Shown piece by piece: positions 53,290-64,000 of a stretch of DNA of 64,000 bases. Both the position numbers and the translations under genes were made by a program. The DNA lies in assembly GCA_035221665.1 (NCBI GenBank), contig CM069153.1, positions 33,790,001 through 33,854,000 on the forward strand, written 5' to 3'. Source of the stretch: Okamejei kenojei (lineage: Eukaryota). The notes beneath the pieces were generated by a model. The model worked only from the letters and a program-made list of their open reading frames with translations, was not told the DNA's origin and made no database searches. The first letter of the stretch is position 1. Each line of letters begins with the position of its first letter.

Positions 53290-54120
53290 AAGAGACTGCA
53301 AATACTGGAATTTGGAAGGTATTACAGAATGCTGAAAGAATTCAGCAGGTCAAGCAGCATCTGTTGAGGCAAAAAGGTGCAAGTTAGCATTTCGGGTCGA
53401 GGTTCTAAATCAGAGAGGTGACCAATGAGAGAATAAAATCTGGGTGAATGGTTGAGAATAGGGGGGGGGGGGGGGGCAGGGAATGTGGGCTACCTGAAAA
53501 TGGAAAGTTCGATGTTCATCCTATTAGACTGTAGACCAGCCAAGCAGAATATGAGATGAGGTTCTTCCAATTTGTATTTGACCTCTCCATAGCTATGGAG
53601 AAGGCCAAGGACAGACGGGTCAGTGTGGGAAGGGGAATGAGAGTTAAAATAACATGTAACTAGAATCTCAAGAAGGCTATTGAGGACAGAGTGCAGTTGC
53701 TCCACAAAATGGTCACCTGGTCTACTCTTGGTTCCTCCAATGTGGAGAAGGTGACATTGATAGCACTGAATGCAATAGAATAGATTGGAAAAGATGCATG
53801 TATATCTTCACCTCACCTGAAAGGGGTGTTTAGGTTCCTGGGTTGGTGGTGAGGGAGAAGAATGTTACACCTCCTACTGTTGCAGAGGGAAGTGCCAGAG
53901 GATAGAGAGGGAGAGATGAGCTAAGCAGGGAATCATGAAGAGTGTGGTCCCTGTGGAAAGTAAGAAGGGCGGCAGAGGAGAAGATGTGACTGGTAGGGGA
54001 TCACCTTGGAGCTGGCAGAAATGGAAGAGGCTGCTGCATTGGATGCAGAGGCTCATGGGGTAAAAGGTGTTCAGTTTGTGCAGAGGGGGGTAGTGAGAAC
54101 AGGCACATGGGAAAAGGAGG
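53290..54120 (-). mobile_element. Degenerate Penelope-like element, 3' part
   Basis: Minus ORF 53490-53705 (FNSHSPSHTDPSVLGLLH...KLEEPHLIFCL) matches the C-terminus of the 22-kb copy. pLTR-type tail at 53290-53400. Confidence 0.78.
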
Positions 54121-54699
54121 AACTGTGTATGAGGACTTGAATATTCCAATATATCTCTATCAACTATGATGCCATTGTTCTACACATTCCCAATTTTTGC
54201 AACTCTATTTCCCACATAAGTAGGTCTTAGATTTAACATAGAACAGAGAGCATAGATCAGTACAGCACAAGAACAGGCTCTTAGAGAGGTTGGAACTGTC
54301 TTCTTTAAAGAGAAGAAAGAGGAGATTGATGGAAATACATAAAATGAAAAAGTTGTTAGTGGACGGTTGTTCTCTTTGGTAGGGGAGAGAGGGCTCAAAT
54401 GCTAGCGGTTACAGGCACAAGATAAAAGGGGCGAGAATTAAGAGATTAACAAGATCAACATTTTTATACAATTTGAGATTAGAATCTGAAATGCTTTGCC
54501 AGCAGATGTAGTGGAGGCAGGTTTCATTGTGACCTTTAGCAGAGAATTTGATAACTGTAAAGTGAGCACAAATTTATAAACATAGGGAAGAGGAAGGAAC
54601 TAATGAGGCGCTTTGGTAGATTCTGTGCCGACACAAGGCGCCGAATAGCCTCTTTCTATTGTGGGGACGGCTTGATTGAAATCATTTTGATTGAGGCCT

Positions 54700-55152
54700 C
54701 TTGCTGGGACTTCTAGAACTCCAAAACCGCTGAGTCTGCGGATTTTAACATCTTGGAGCGGGCGATCCCTTTGCCAGGGGTCGGCCTTTGGTGCACCAAC
54801 CTGCAGGAGCTGAGGACTTTAACATCGTGGAGCTCGCGGTCCATGGTTAGGGGCTGACTTCAGGACTCCAAGCCGCAAGAGTTTCGACAGCCCCGATGCG
54901 GGACGCCCCAACGTGAGTGCTCGATCGCTGGACTACAGATGGTTCGACTCCGGGAGGAGAGAAGATAAGACTTTATTGCCTTCCATCACAGTGGAGGAGC
55001 CGCTGTGATGGATGATTATGTCAAATTTGTAATTAGATATGTGCTTTGTTGGTTTTTTTTGGTATGACTGTATGGCAAACCAAATTCCTCGTATGTTGCA
55101 AAACATACTTAGCCTAATAAATCACGATTATGATTATGAGTATTATTATGAT
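54700..55152 (+). mobile_element. Related GC-rich non-autonomous retroelement fragment
   Basis: CpG-rich body with internal repeats (tttaacatc.tggagc twice). Tail gtatgactgtatggcaaaccaaattcc...aataaa(tcac)gattatgattatg resembles the 8.9-kb element tail. Confidence 0.55.
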
Positions 55153-56539
55153 ATTTACTTATGTAACATCAGTGACTACATTTCTTGTAAAAATGGTATT
55201 TGAATATGTTTAATTGTTTCCGTTTCCGTTAACATCATATAATTGACTTCTATTTGAACATCACAGAAACCACAGCTTGTAAATAAGTGTCACAATTTCT
55301 AGTGTTGTGCTAATTCTGGAGCACAAAGAACCACAGATGCTGGAATCTTGAGCAAAATACAAAGCTCAGCCACAGACACAAACACAGAATGCTGCCTGAC
55401 CTGCTGAATTAATCCAGCACTTTCTTTGCTCTAATTCTGGAAGCAGTTTGTCAGCGTCTTATTTCATGCTTTCATAGTCTCAAAATCAATGAAAAGGGTA
55501 ATCCTCAAGTGGCTTAATTCCATGAATGAGGATACCAAAACAATACTAGATTTAGTCTTCTGTTGCAACCAATCTTGTTACTTCTTTAATATTGCCGTCA
55601 TCAATTGTGGTTTAATAAATACAATCTTTGAATACACTAACTAATGATAAATAGTATAAATCATTCTTTAAGTTTTATGCCTTTCATTTTCCCAGTATTT
55701 TTAAATCATTCTGATCCAAATCAGTTATTTGATCGGTGGAAAATCCAACCCCATTGTAATCACAATAGTTATTGCGATTAAATTATCAAAGTCATTATAC
55801 AGTTTAACATTCTATTTCATCCGGATTGTTTAGAAATAAATTCTCTAGTGACATGTGGTCCTGAAAAGATTTTAAAGTATTAGGCAGAAATACAGAGAGA
55901 GACAATTAGATACTTCACTGAACTCTGTGGCTACCTTAAACTAGGATAATAGCAATGACGTTTGCTATTAAACATGATTGAATTTTGAAGGTACCAATAT
56001 TTGAGCTTCCAACGTTTCACTGAATTACCTATTGGAGTTGAGAAGAAATATTGCAACATTTTCTCCCAAGAGATTTAATATATTGAATAAAGGCATTTAT
56101 ACAAAGCAACCTCTGCATATCCACCCTATCTAGGCCTTTCATTATTCTATAAGGCAGATGTACATAATATATTTTTTTCTTAATTGTTTTACACTAATGT
56201 CCTGTTTTTTAGCACACTTTCTTATTTTATACTGTCTTTCTGAATTTCTGTGCAATTTATGTTTATTTTTTTGTTGTGTGTTTGAGTCTATGTGCCTGTG
56301 ATGCTGTTGCAAGCAAGATTCTTCATTGTACCTGCACCTCATTGTACATGTGCATATGACAGACATAAAGTCGACTTGAAGTTTCTTGATCCATGAGTCT
56401 CAAGATTTACAAACAAACATGATCGGATATAGAGGCAGTACATCTCTTCACATACATTAATATGAGCCTGTGCTCGTCTTGTCGAAGAAACAGGATGATG
56501 AAATATATTCTTAACTGAAGAGCAACCATCACTGAGTTG

Positions 56540-57662
56540 TATGAAAGTAGCATTGGAAGCGTTGTTTTTCCCTGATTCTGCCATTTCTAAATGGGGAGAG
56601 GATTCAGAAATTGGAGGTGTTAAGGGACTTTTAGTACTGATGCAGGATTCCCAAGAGGTTAATTTGCAGGTTGAGTTGGTAGTAAAAGCCCTGTCCCACG
56701 GTACGAGTTCATTCCAAGAGCTCTCCCGAGTTAAAAAAAAATCAAACTCGTGGTAAGCACGGAGAAAAAACGTAGCGGGTATGTCAGCGCTCGGGGACGT
56801 CACTTAGCGGCTCGTAACGCTAATGGCAGGTACTTGGGAAGACTTGCTAATGGCAGGTAAGCACGGGAAGACTCGTGAAGATTTTTCAACATGTTGAAAA
56901 TTGTCCACAAGAGCCCCGAGTACCGACGAGTGGCCATTACGGTAAATGTCCAAGTTCGAATCAGGGCAAACTCAGGTGAGCTCTTGGAATGAACTCGTAC
57001 CATGGAACAGTGCTTTAAGGAGGGCAAATGCAAATGTAGCATTCATTTCGAGAGGATGAGAATATAAAAGCAAGGATATAATACAGAGGCTTTATAAGGT
57101 GCTGGCTCAGACCTCATTTGAAAATTTGTGAGCCGTTTTGGGCCCCATATCTGCTGGCATTGGAAAGGATCCAGAGGAGGTTTATGAGAATGATCCCAGG
57201 GATGATTAGGTTGGTGTTTGAGGAGCATTTGATGGCTCTGGGTCTGTATTCGCTAGAGTTTAGAAGGAATAGGGGGGTGGGGGGGTCTCATTGAAACCTA
57301 CACAATAATTAAAGGTCTAGATAGGGTGGATGTGGAGAGGATGTTTCCAGAAGTGGGAGAGTGTAGGACCAGAGGGCACAGAATAAAATTACGTACCGTT
57401 AGAATGTCGAAGAGGAAGAATGTCTTTAGCAGAGGGCGGTGAATCTGTGGAATTCATTACCACAGATGGTAGTGGAGGTCCAGTTATTGGGTATTTTTAA
57501 AGTGGATCTTGATAGGTTCCTGATAGGAATGGTGCCAAAGGTTATGGGGAGAAGGAAGGAAAATGGGGTTGAGATGGAAAAAAGATCAGCCATGATCAAA
57601 TGGCAGAGCAGACTCAATGGGCTGAAATGGCCTAACTCTGCACCTATGTCTATGATCTTATG
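56540..57662 (+). mobile_element. CR1-type LINE 3' fragment (interrupted by a MITE)
   Basis: Collinear with 12480-13170. NLWNSLPQ..VE...FKVDLDRFL in ORF 57439-57663. Confidence 0.88.
56686..57015. mobile_element. PIF/Harbinger-type MITE, subfamily D, nested in CR1
   Basis: TIRs aagccctgtcccacggtacgagttcattccaagagctc and gagctcttggaatgaactcgtaccatggaacagtgctt. TSD TAA. The CR1 sequence gttggtagtaa|ggagggcaaatgc is rejoined when the MITE is removed. Confidence 0.9.
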
Positions 57663-60600
57663 ATTTCTTTAATTTTATTGGAACATCGCAAAGTGAATGG
57701 ATATTTATATCCTACCTGAATAAATGAGTATAATGGCTGAGTGTGTTTGGAAATTTCCGTGGTGGAAATTGGTGTTGGGATCCCTGTCTGTAATTGAAAA
57801 AATAATAATTGGAGACAAACAGACTGCAAATGCTGGAACCGGAGCTAAAAAAAAAATATGGAGGATTACAATGGATGAGATTGCATGTATGGAGGAAAAT
57901 TAACATTTGAGGTTTCAGATCGAGATTCTTCCTGCGGACTGTAAGTTTCCTCCACAGATGCTGCTGGACCCACTAAGTTCTTCCAGCAGTTTGCTTCTTG
58001 GAACAATTCCATTATTCATTTACAAGATTATTGAAAGAAAAAAATAAGATAACTAGGTTCTTAGAAGCGGACAACGGGAAGTGTCTAGAGGTTGGAATGT
58101 ACTCCATTGTATAGCCACAGAATTAATCTCTTCGGTGTGGTATCCTTGGAATATTTTAGACCTGAAAATCTAAACCTGTCAAGTCAGCATTGCAAACTGT
58201 TGATTAGACAGCCTGACTCATAATTGGACCCAGAAAAGATAGATTCGCAACTCCTATATAGAGTGGCCCTACCAAGGTGTCCTTGCGCAAGGCCATTTAT
58301 TTTAACTCAGAAAATTTCACCTTTAATGCCATGTGCATTTACAGGCTCCTCCTCCATTTGGACATAAACATAGGTTGACAGAATACAGTTTTAAGGGAAG
58401 AGAGTGCATCTACGTTTTAGTCAAATAGAAATTTGGAGAACAACAAAATATTAGAAATAGGAACCGGAGTGACCCATTAAAAAATATACTGTCGACTTGG
58501 TTTTCGTTTTTGTATTTACCTTGGAATCAGAGTTAGAATATTTGATAGTACGATAGCCTTGGGTACTCTTTATTGTTGGACACTCCTCCTTTTAGTGGGC
58601 ATCGATCAAAGGAAGCAAAAGTTTTAGTTACTTTAATTTCTTTAACATGTCTACAACTTAAAGCAACTCATTCAACTCCAAAATGTTGCTTGACAAGATT
58701 TCTTGAATCCGTAATGGTAGCTGCGGAAATGAGCAACCTGTGGTGCAGCTAGCAGCTTGGCTTTTTGTAGCGACTCATTTATGTTTGGCAGTTAAGTGGC
58801 CTTTAAAATAAAATTAAGGCAACTAGAACTTACCCATGCTAGGCCCTGAGGCGATTACTGTGACACATTGTCACGAGAATCTAACAGTTGACAAATTGTA
58901 CCAGAGATGGATATATTTCCAACGTACTGGTGCAGAGCAAGTTTACACATTTTTTTTCCTACTGTTCCTTCTGGACCAGAAAAGATTAATTATCAAAACA
59001 GTACTGACTATCAACTGATGGAGCCTTTGAACAACAAAATGTTTCACCGCTTAATGAACTTGTTAACAAAAAAAGAATTAATTAAATTGAAATTTCAATG
59101 ACCTGCAAATTGAAGGGACTTGAAAAAAAATAGTTTTTTGGGTTGGTTAACTTACAATGATAGTGTCTCCTGTTGACTTATTTGGCTTGATGTTAACAAA
59201 GGAAATGTGAGATGTAATCAGGATTGCAGTGAGGATAAGCTATAAATGAGGACATTCAATTGATGCATTAACGGTAGTTTTCGAGAAAGTGTGAACAAAA
59301 GAATATAAAAGCTATGATACAAGTGTAGTAAGTGAGTGAGCACAAAAAAGGAATGTAAAAGTTACATAATACGTAGTGCAGTATGTGGTTGTCATACATG
59401 TCCTTGTGAACAACAAGTCCGATTTTTTTGTACAATTCAATATTGAACCCTAAGCCTGCAACATGCCTAGAAGAAGTTGAGGTGTCATTCCTCAAGCTTT
59501 CATTACAGTCACCAATCTGTGTTTGGTTTCACCAATGGAGAATAAACCATATTGTGGATGCTAAATGCAATGTACTACACTTGGAGTAAGGCAAGTGCAT
59601 TGCTGCCTCACCTGGAATGACTGTTTCCTTAGAGGGAAAAGAAGGGGTAAAAGGAAAGGTTTACATGGTGTCATTGATTTGCAGAATATCTGTGTCCAAT
59701 GATGTCACTGTAATTCTCCACCCACTACTTATTAATGTGCCTGTGGCCTATTGCTTTGATATAACAAGGCCCTAAGTAAGCTTGAGGAACAACACCTCAT
59801 CTGCTTCTTGGCAATTTGCTAAGAGAGGCACATTGATGGTGTTGATGGAAAGAAGGTAGACCAAAGTGATCAACGAGCTATGGCTGATTATTTGTACCAA
59901 CCTTGATGCCATCAAATATGAATCCAAGTCTTGGCACTTACAAAGCAATCATGCTCTGGGTTAATGATAAATATTGGCTATAAGTAATGCCATGTGATCT
60001 TTTTATCTGCCCGGAGAGTTGTCAGGGCTAATCATGATTCTATTATTAAAACTACACCCAGAATGAAGATACTCAGATTAGGACTTCTTTGGTTATCTAA
60101 TGTGAAGGTTTATTTGCTGGTCAATCTGCAATATAATTTCAAACTCAGTCGTGGTCTGCAGAATCACAGAACATAAATTTAAGTACATCTTTAAAAATAT
60201 ATTTTAAATTACTTTGTTTCTCTAATATTTGAAGTAGTCAACTAGGCGAGAGAGCAAAGGCAATTAACGATATTCAAACTGCCAATCAATGTTTGTCCAG
60301 ATAGTCTAGGGTAACACAAGGATAATGTTTGATGGATGAATGAGCAAACTTCATATTTGCTTTGTTCCCAAGAGGATCAAAGCATCACATATATATCTTG
60401 TGGGATAAAAAAAGGTTTGAATTGTCTGTGCCTTCTTAATTGAGCAGTGTCCAACAATATTAATTTAGTCTGCCACGCAAATCATTCCAACCACAGCCAC
60501 CACACGGCATTGACTGCTCATGCACAGCCTCACAACATGACCATACTTGCATTTAATTGTCACCATCTACCATCTTATTGCCCTAATTTTACGAAAGTTT

Positions 60601-60920
60601 ATTATAGTTTATTCTTTAATGAGCAACGTGTCGAATCCATCTGAAGGAATTATTGGTCTGTAAGTAATTAGTAGTGCTGTGACTTATCATTTCACAATCT
60701 TTCCAAAAATAGCTCAACCACGTGAACCTTTATTTTTAATTTAAGCTTTTTTTAGGATTATTTGGCGTGCAGTCTGATACAGAACAAACTTAATGAGCAC
60801 AATGTTTATCAAAGAGTTTTTTGAGATATGTATTTGCTTCATATTTTGAGACATTCTTTTCAAACTGCCAGCTAATTTGGCTGGGAAGTTGGAACACATT
60901 ACAAGAGCTTTGGGTTTTTA

Positions 60921-61221
60921 TTTTAATGAATCAAAATTTTTACAACATAAGCATGGACTTTAGTCAAACACAGTATTTATACATTGGAAAATTAAGTTAA
61001 GTTTGGTACGTAGTTCTTAGCTATACTGTAATTATTGACAAAGCTATGCCTGTAATGCATACATTTCACTGTTCTTTTTTAATGAATCTAAATCTTTACA
61101 ACATAGCATTAATTAAACACAGCATTTATACATCGGGAAATTATGTTTAATTTTGTACCTACTCAGCTATACCAGTATTAACAAAACTATGCATACAATG
61201 CAATCATTTCACTGCTCTTCC
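60921..61221. repeat. Diverged tandem duplication of about 150 bp
   Basis: ttttaatgaatc...acaacata...aaacacag.atttataca...catttcactg occurs at 60921-61075 and again at 61076-61221. Confidence 0.8.
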
Positions 61222-62449
61222 TTTATCTAAAACATTTTCAAGATAGATACGAAGGTTAGTTTTGAAAGTTAACCATATTTGACATGCTCGTTTGAATCCT
61301 AATGGCTGTGCTTCACAAAACTTCTTATTGATGGAGCAATGTAATACTTCGAGCTCTGGAGATACAGAGGATGAGGGGTTACATTTATCACCAAAAGCAA
61401 TGCTAATTGGGCTCATAGCGAGTTAGTGGTCCTGTTTTATACTGTGCTCAGTTTTCTTTTAAAGGCAGTGGATAAGGTTGGGCTGGTGTAAAGTGGGCTG
61501 CTAAATGATGGCAGTAAGCAAATTCTGGACTATGGTTCTAATTCAGTCTCATGCTTGCTGAAATCCACATATACATTTCATTAAGTAATATTTTGGAGTA
61601 AAGGAAAGACTAATGTTTTAATGGGTGCATCTACTATGCAATCAGTATTCCAGCCAACAGGAATTCAGCTTCCAACTATTCCAGCTGTATTTTAGCTGAG
61701 ACTGAAGTAAGAATATTAAATTGGCTCCTCATGAGGGAAATCATCCCAGTGCAATGTGTGTGTAGTCACAGAAAATGAAGTAGAATTCACAGACTCTTTT
61801 AACCGAGTTAACGTGAAGTCCAAGAAACTAGTTAACTGGCTCTTCTCCTCTATGTTGAAGAAGACAGGAATATCTCTTTCAAATGAGTAAGTTCACTAAC
61901 AAAAAAACGTAATCACCATAATACTTGTACAAGCACACGTGTTTTCTGATTTCCAACTTAGACATTCATCTGTCTTTTGTGATTACTGTAAATGACATAA
62001 TGGGAAAATAATATGTTAAAAAGTCCATTGACTGTGGTCAGATGGTTCAATGGATTGTTAGTGACATTATAGTTTAAAATCCAGCCAGACTAAAAGGATA
62101 AAAACACTGTTCCTTTGCTGGCTGCAAAGGTCTTAAATGCATTGTTTCCTCTAGTCAGTGTTAATTGAGTTCTCAATGGGGCATTATTGACTTCTAATGG
62201 ATCGAGGACTTCAGAAAGGTAAGTGAATGTTTTATCTATCAATGTGGAAAAGTTCACACCAATGCTTTCAATGGCATTCTTCTGAATTTTGTGCTAAAAC
62301 ATATTTTAAAGTAGGTTAAGAAATGCTTTGTAATGCATAGAAACATAAAAACATAGAAACATAGACAATAGGTGCAGGTGTAGGCCCTTTCGGCCCTTTG
62401 AGCCAGCACCCCCATTCAATATGATCATGGCTGATCATCCAAAATCAGT

Positions 62450-62751
62450 AGACAAAAATGCTGGAGAAACTCAGCGCGTGCGGCAGCATCTATGGAGCGA
62501 AGGAAATAGGCAACATTTCGGGCCAAAACCTCTCTTCAGACTGATGTAGGTTGGGGGGGGGGGGGGGGGGGCAGGAAGAAGAAAGGAAGAGGAGGAGCCA
62601 AAGGGCTGAGGGAGAGCTGAGAAGGGGAGAAGACAGTAAGGGCTACCTGAAATGTATTTACCTTCGCTCCATAGATGCTGCCGCACCCACTGAGTTTCTC
62701 CAGCATTTTTGTCTACCTTCGATTTTCCAGCATCTGCAGTTCCTTCTTAAA
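62450..62751. mobile_element. Fold-back Penelope pLTR insertion nested in a CR1 3' tail
   Basis: About 60-bp inverted arms (62449-62508 vs 62655-62716). 14-bp TSD catccaaaatcagt at 62436-62449 and 62752-62765. Confidence 0.85.
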
Positions 62752-63028
62752 CATCCAAAATCAGTGCCCTGTTCCAAATTTTTCTCCATATCTCTTTATT
62801 CCCTTTGCCCTAAGAGCTAAATCTAACTCTCTTGAAAACTAATCTATCTACATCTATCCACGACACCCAGGACTGGGAGATAGCAAATAAAAAAATTATT
62901 ATAGCTCACAATACTGACATCCCTTGGATTGATATGCCTAAAGATTATATTCTGAAAAAAGTAAGTGAATTGTTGCTCTGAAATCTGGACGATGCTCATT
63001 CTAATGCCTTTTTCATTTATTCCCCCAG

Positions 63029-63180
63029 CCAGAGGAACTGACTAACGCACTGGAGATCAGCAACATTGTCTTCACCAGCCTGTTCGCATTGGAAATGCTC
63101 TTAAAGATCTTGGTGTATGGGCCTTTTGGCTACATCAAGAATCCTTACAACATCTTTGATGGTATCATTGTAGTTATCAG
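63029..63180 (+). CDS. CACNA1G: CACNA1G exon (exon 10 equivalent): IIS2-IIS3
   Basis: tcccccag|CCAGAGGAA...GTTATCAG|gtaaat, 152 nt. Translates to [50 protein letters not shown], phase 0 after YHEQ. Not in the ORF track. Confidence 0.96.
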
Positions 63181-64000
63181 GTAAATTGTCACAAGTAAAT
63201 GTAGATTCATTTCTCGCAACCCCAAACTTAACTTCTGTCAATGTGGATTGTAAATTCCAAAATACTACCTTTAGAGACCTTTAAAGATACAAAAACTAGG
63301 AAACACAAAACAGACATCATTTACCTGTAAATTCACCATCACTCATTCCATATTTTTGTGTGATCGTAGAAATGTATGGCACAGAAGGAGGCGCAGCCAG
63401 AAATAAATCTAAGATCAATCCCATTTTTCAGACACTGGTGCACAGAAATGCAGCTCACAGTTCCTCAAATGATGGTCCACATACATGAAATGTGGTGAGG
63501 GGCTCTGTCTGCAATACATTTTCAGGCAGTGAAGTCCAGATCCCCAATACTTGTTCAGTGAAATCATATTACTATAATCCTTCACCATGAACTCAAATCT
63601 ATGTCCCTATATTTGCGGACATCTCTGCAAAGTTTTGTATTAACTCTGAACAAACTTCTCATAATTAGTATATTTCTTCTTTGTCTCTTTTGTTCCATTA
63701 AAAATAATTGAATCCTAGACAGTTCTCATAACTGTCATTCGCCAGCCTTGGAAATATCATCGTAAATCTCCTCTATGATGCCATCACATGTCGTTATTTG
63801 GTCCATCCCATTTTCCCTTTTTTAAAATCAATGATACAATGTTTGCAATTTTCCCGACTCCAGCTCCACAAATTGCAAATAGCACTGACAAATAGTAGTC
63901 AGAATCTGTGTTTTTATCCTTCTCGAAAATGTATCAGAGACCGGAATACATTTTCTCCAGGCCTGATGATATATGCACTTATAAAGATGTTAAACCCTTT

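Noticed and set aside
56339-56803. 154 aa minus-strand ORF
   Set aside because: It spans a MITE, antisense CR1 and an L2-type tail, so it is a chance chimera.
37901-63028. Hidden cassette exon or nested gene in the 25-kb intron
   Set aside because: Exons 9 and 10 join in frame as in known Cav3.1 (YHEQ|PEEL). No channel-like or otherwise recognisable non-TE coding segment was seen, though RNA-seq would be needed to exclude a small exon.

Overview
Eukaryotic, AT-rich genomic DNA. The repeat content (CR1 LINEs, tRNA-derived V-SINE/HE1-like SINEs, Penelope elements) suggests a cartilaginous fish such as a skate or ray; this is inferred, not proven. The window lies inside one + strand gene, the T-type voltage-gated calcium channel CACNA1G (Cav3.1). 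Seven GT-AG exons with consistent phases are visible (11911-12008, 19500-19659, 24092-24398, 30129-30221, 32560-33391, 37530-37900, 63029-63180). They match human exons 4-10 and encode domain I S3-S6, the I-II loop and domain II S1-S3. Both ends of the gene lie outside the window. Nearly all other ORFs in the track are spurious or transposon remnants. The notable non-genic signals are: (i) a Penelope-like element plus many short or fold-back derivatives carrying a minimal hammerhead-ribozyme core, including a 96-bp TSD-flanked insertion in pre-mRNA sense; (ii) four different TAA-flanked PIF/Harbinger-type MITEs sharing one terminal motif; (iii) a CR1 copy with twin-priming 5' inversion geometry; (iv) a GC-rich non-coding retroelement with a YY1 motif; and (v) an in-frame cryptic splice donor in exon 8. 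None is demonstrably a new biological system; the hammerhead/Penelope family is the best candidate for follow-up.
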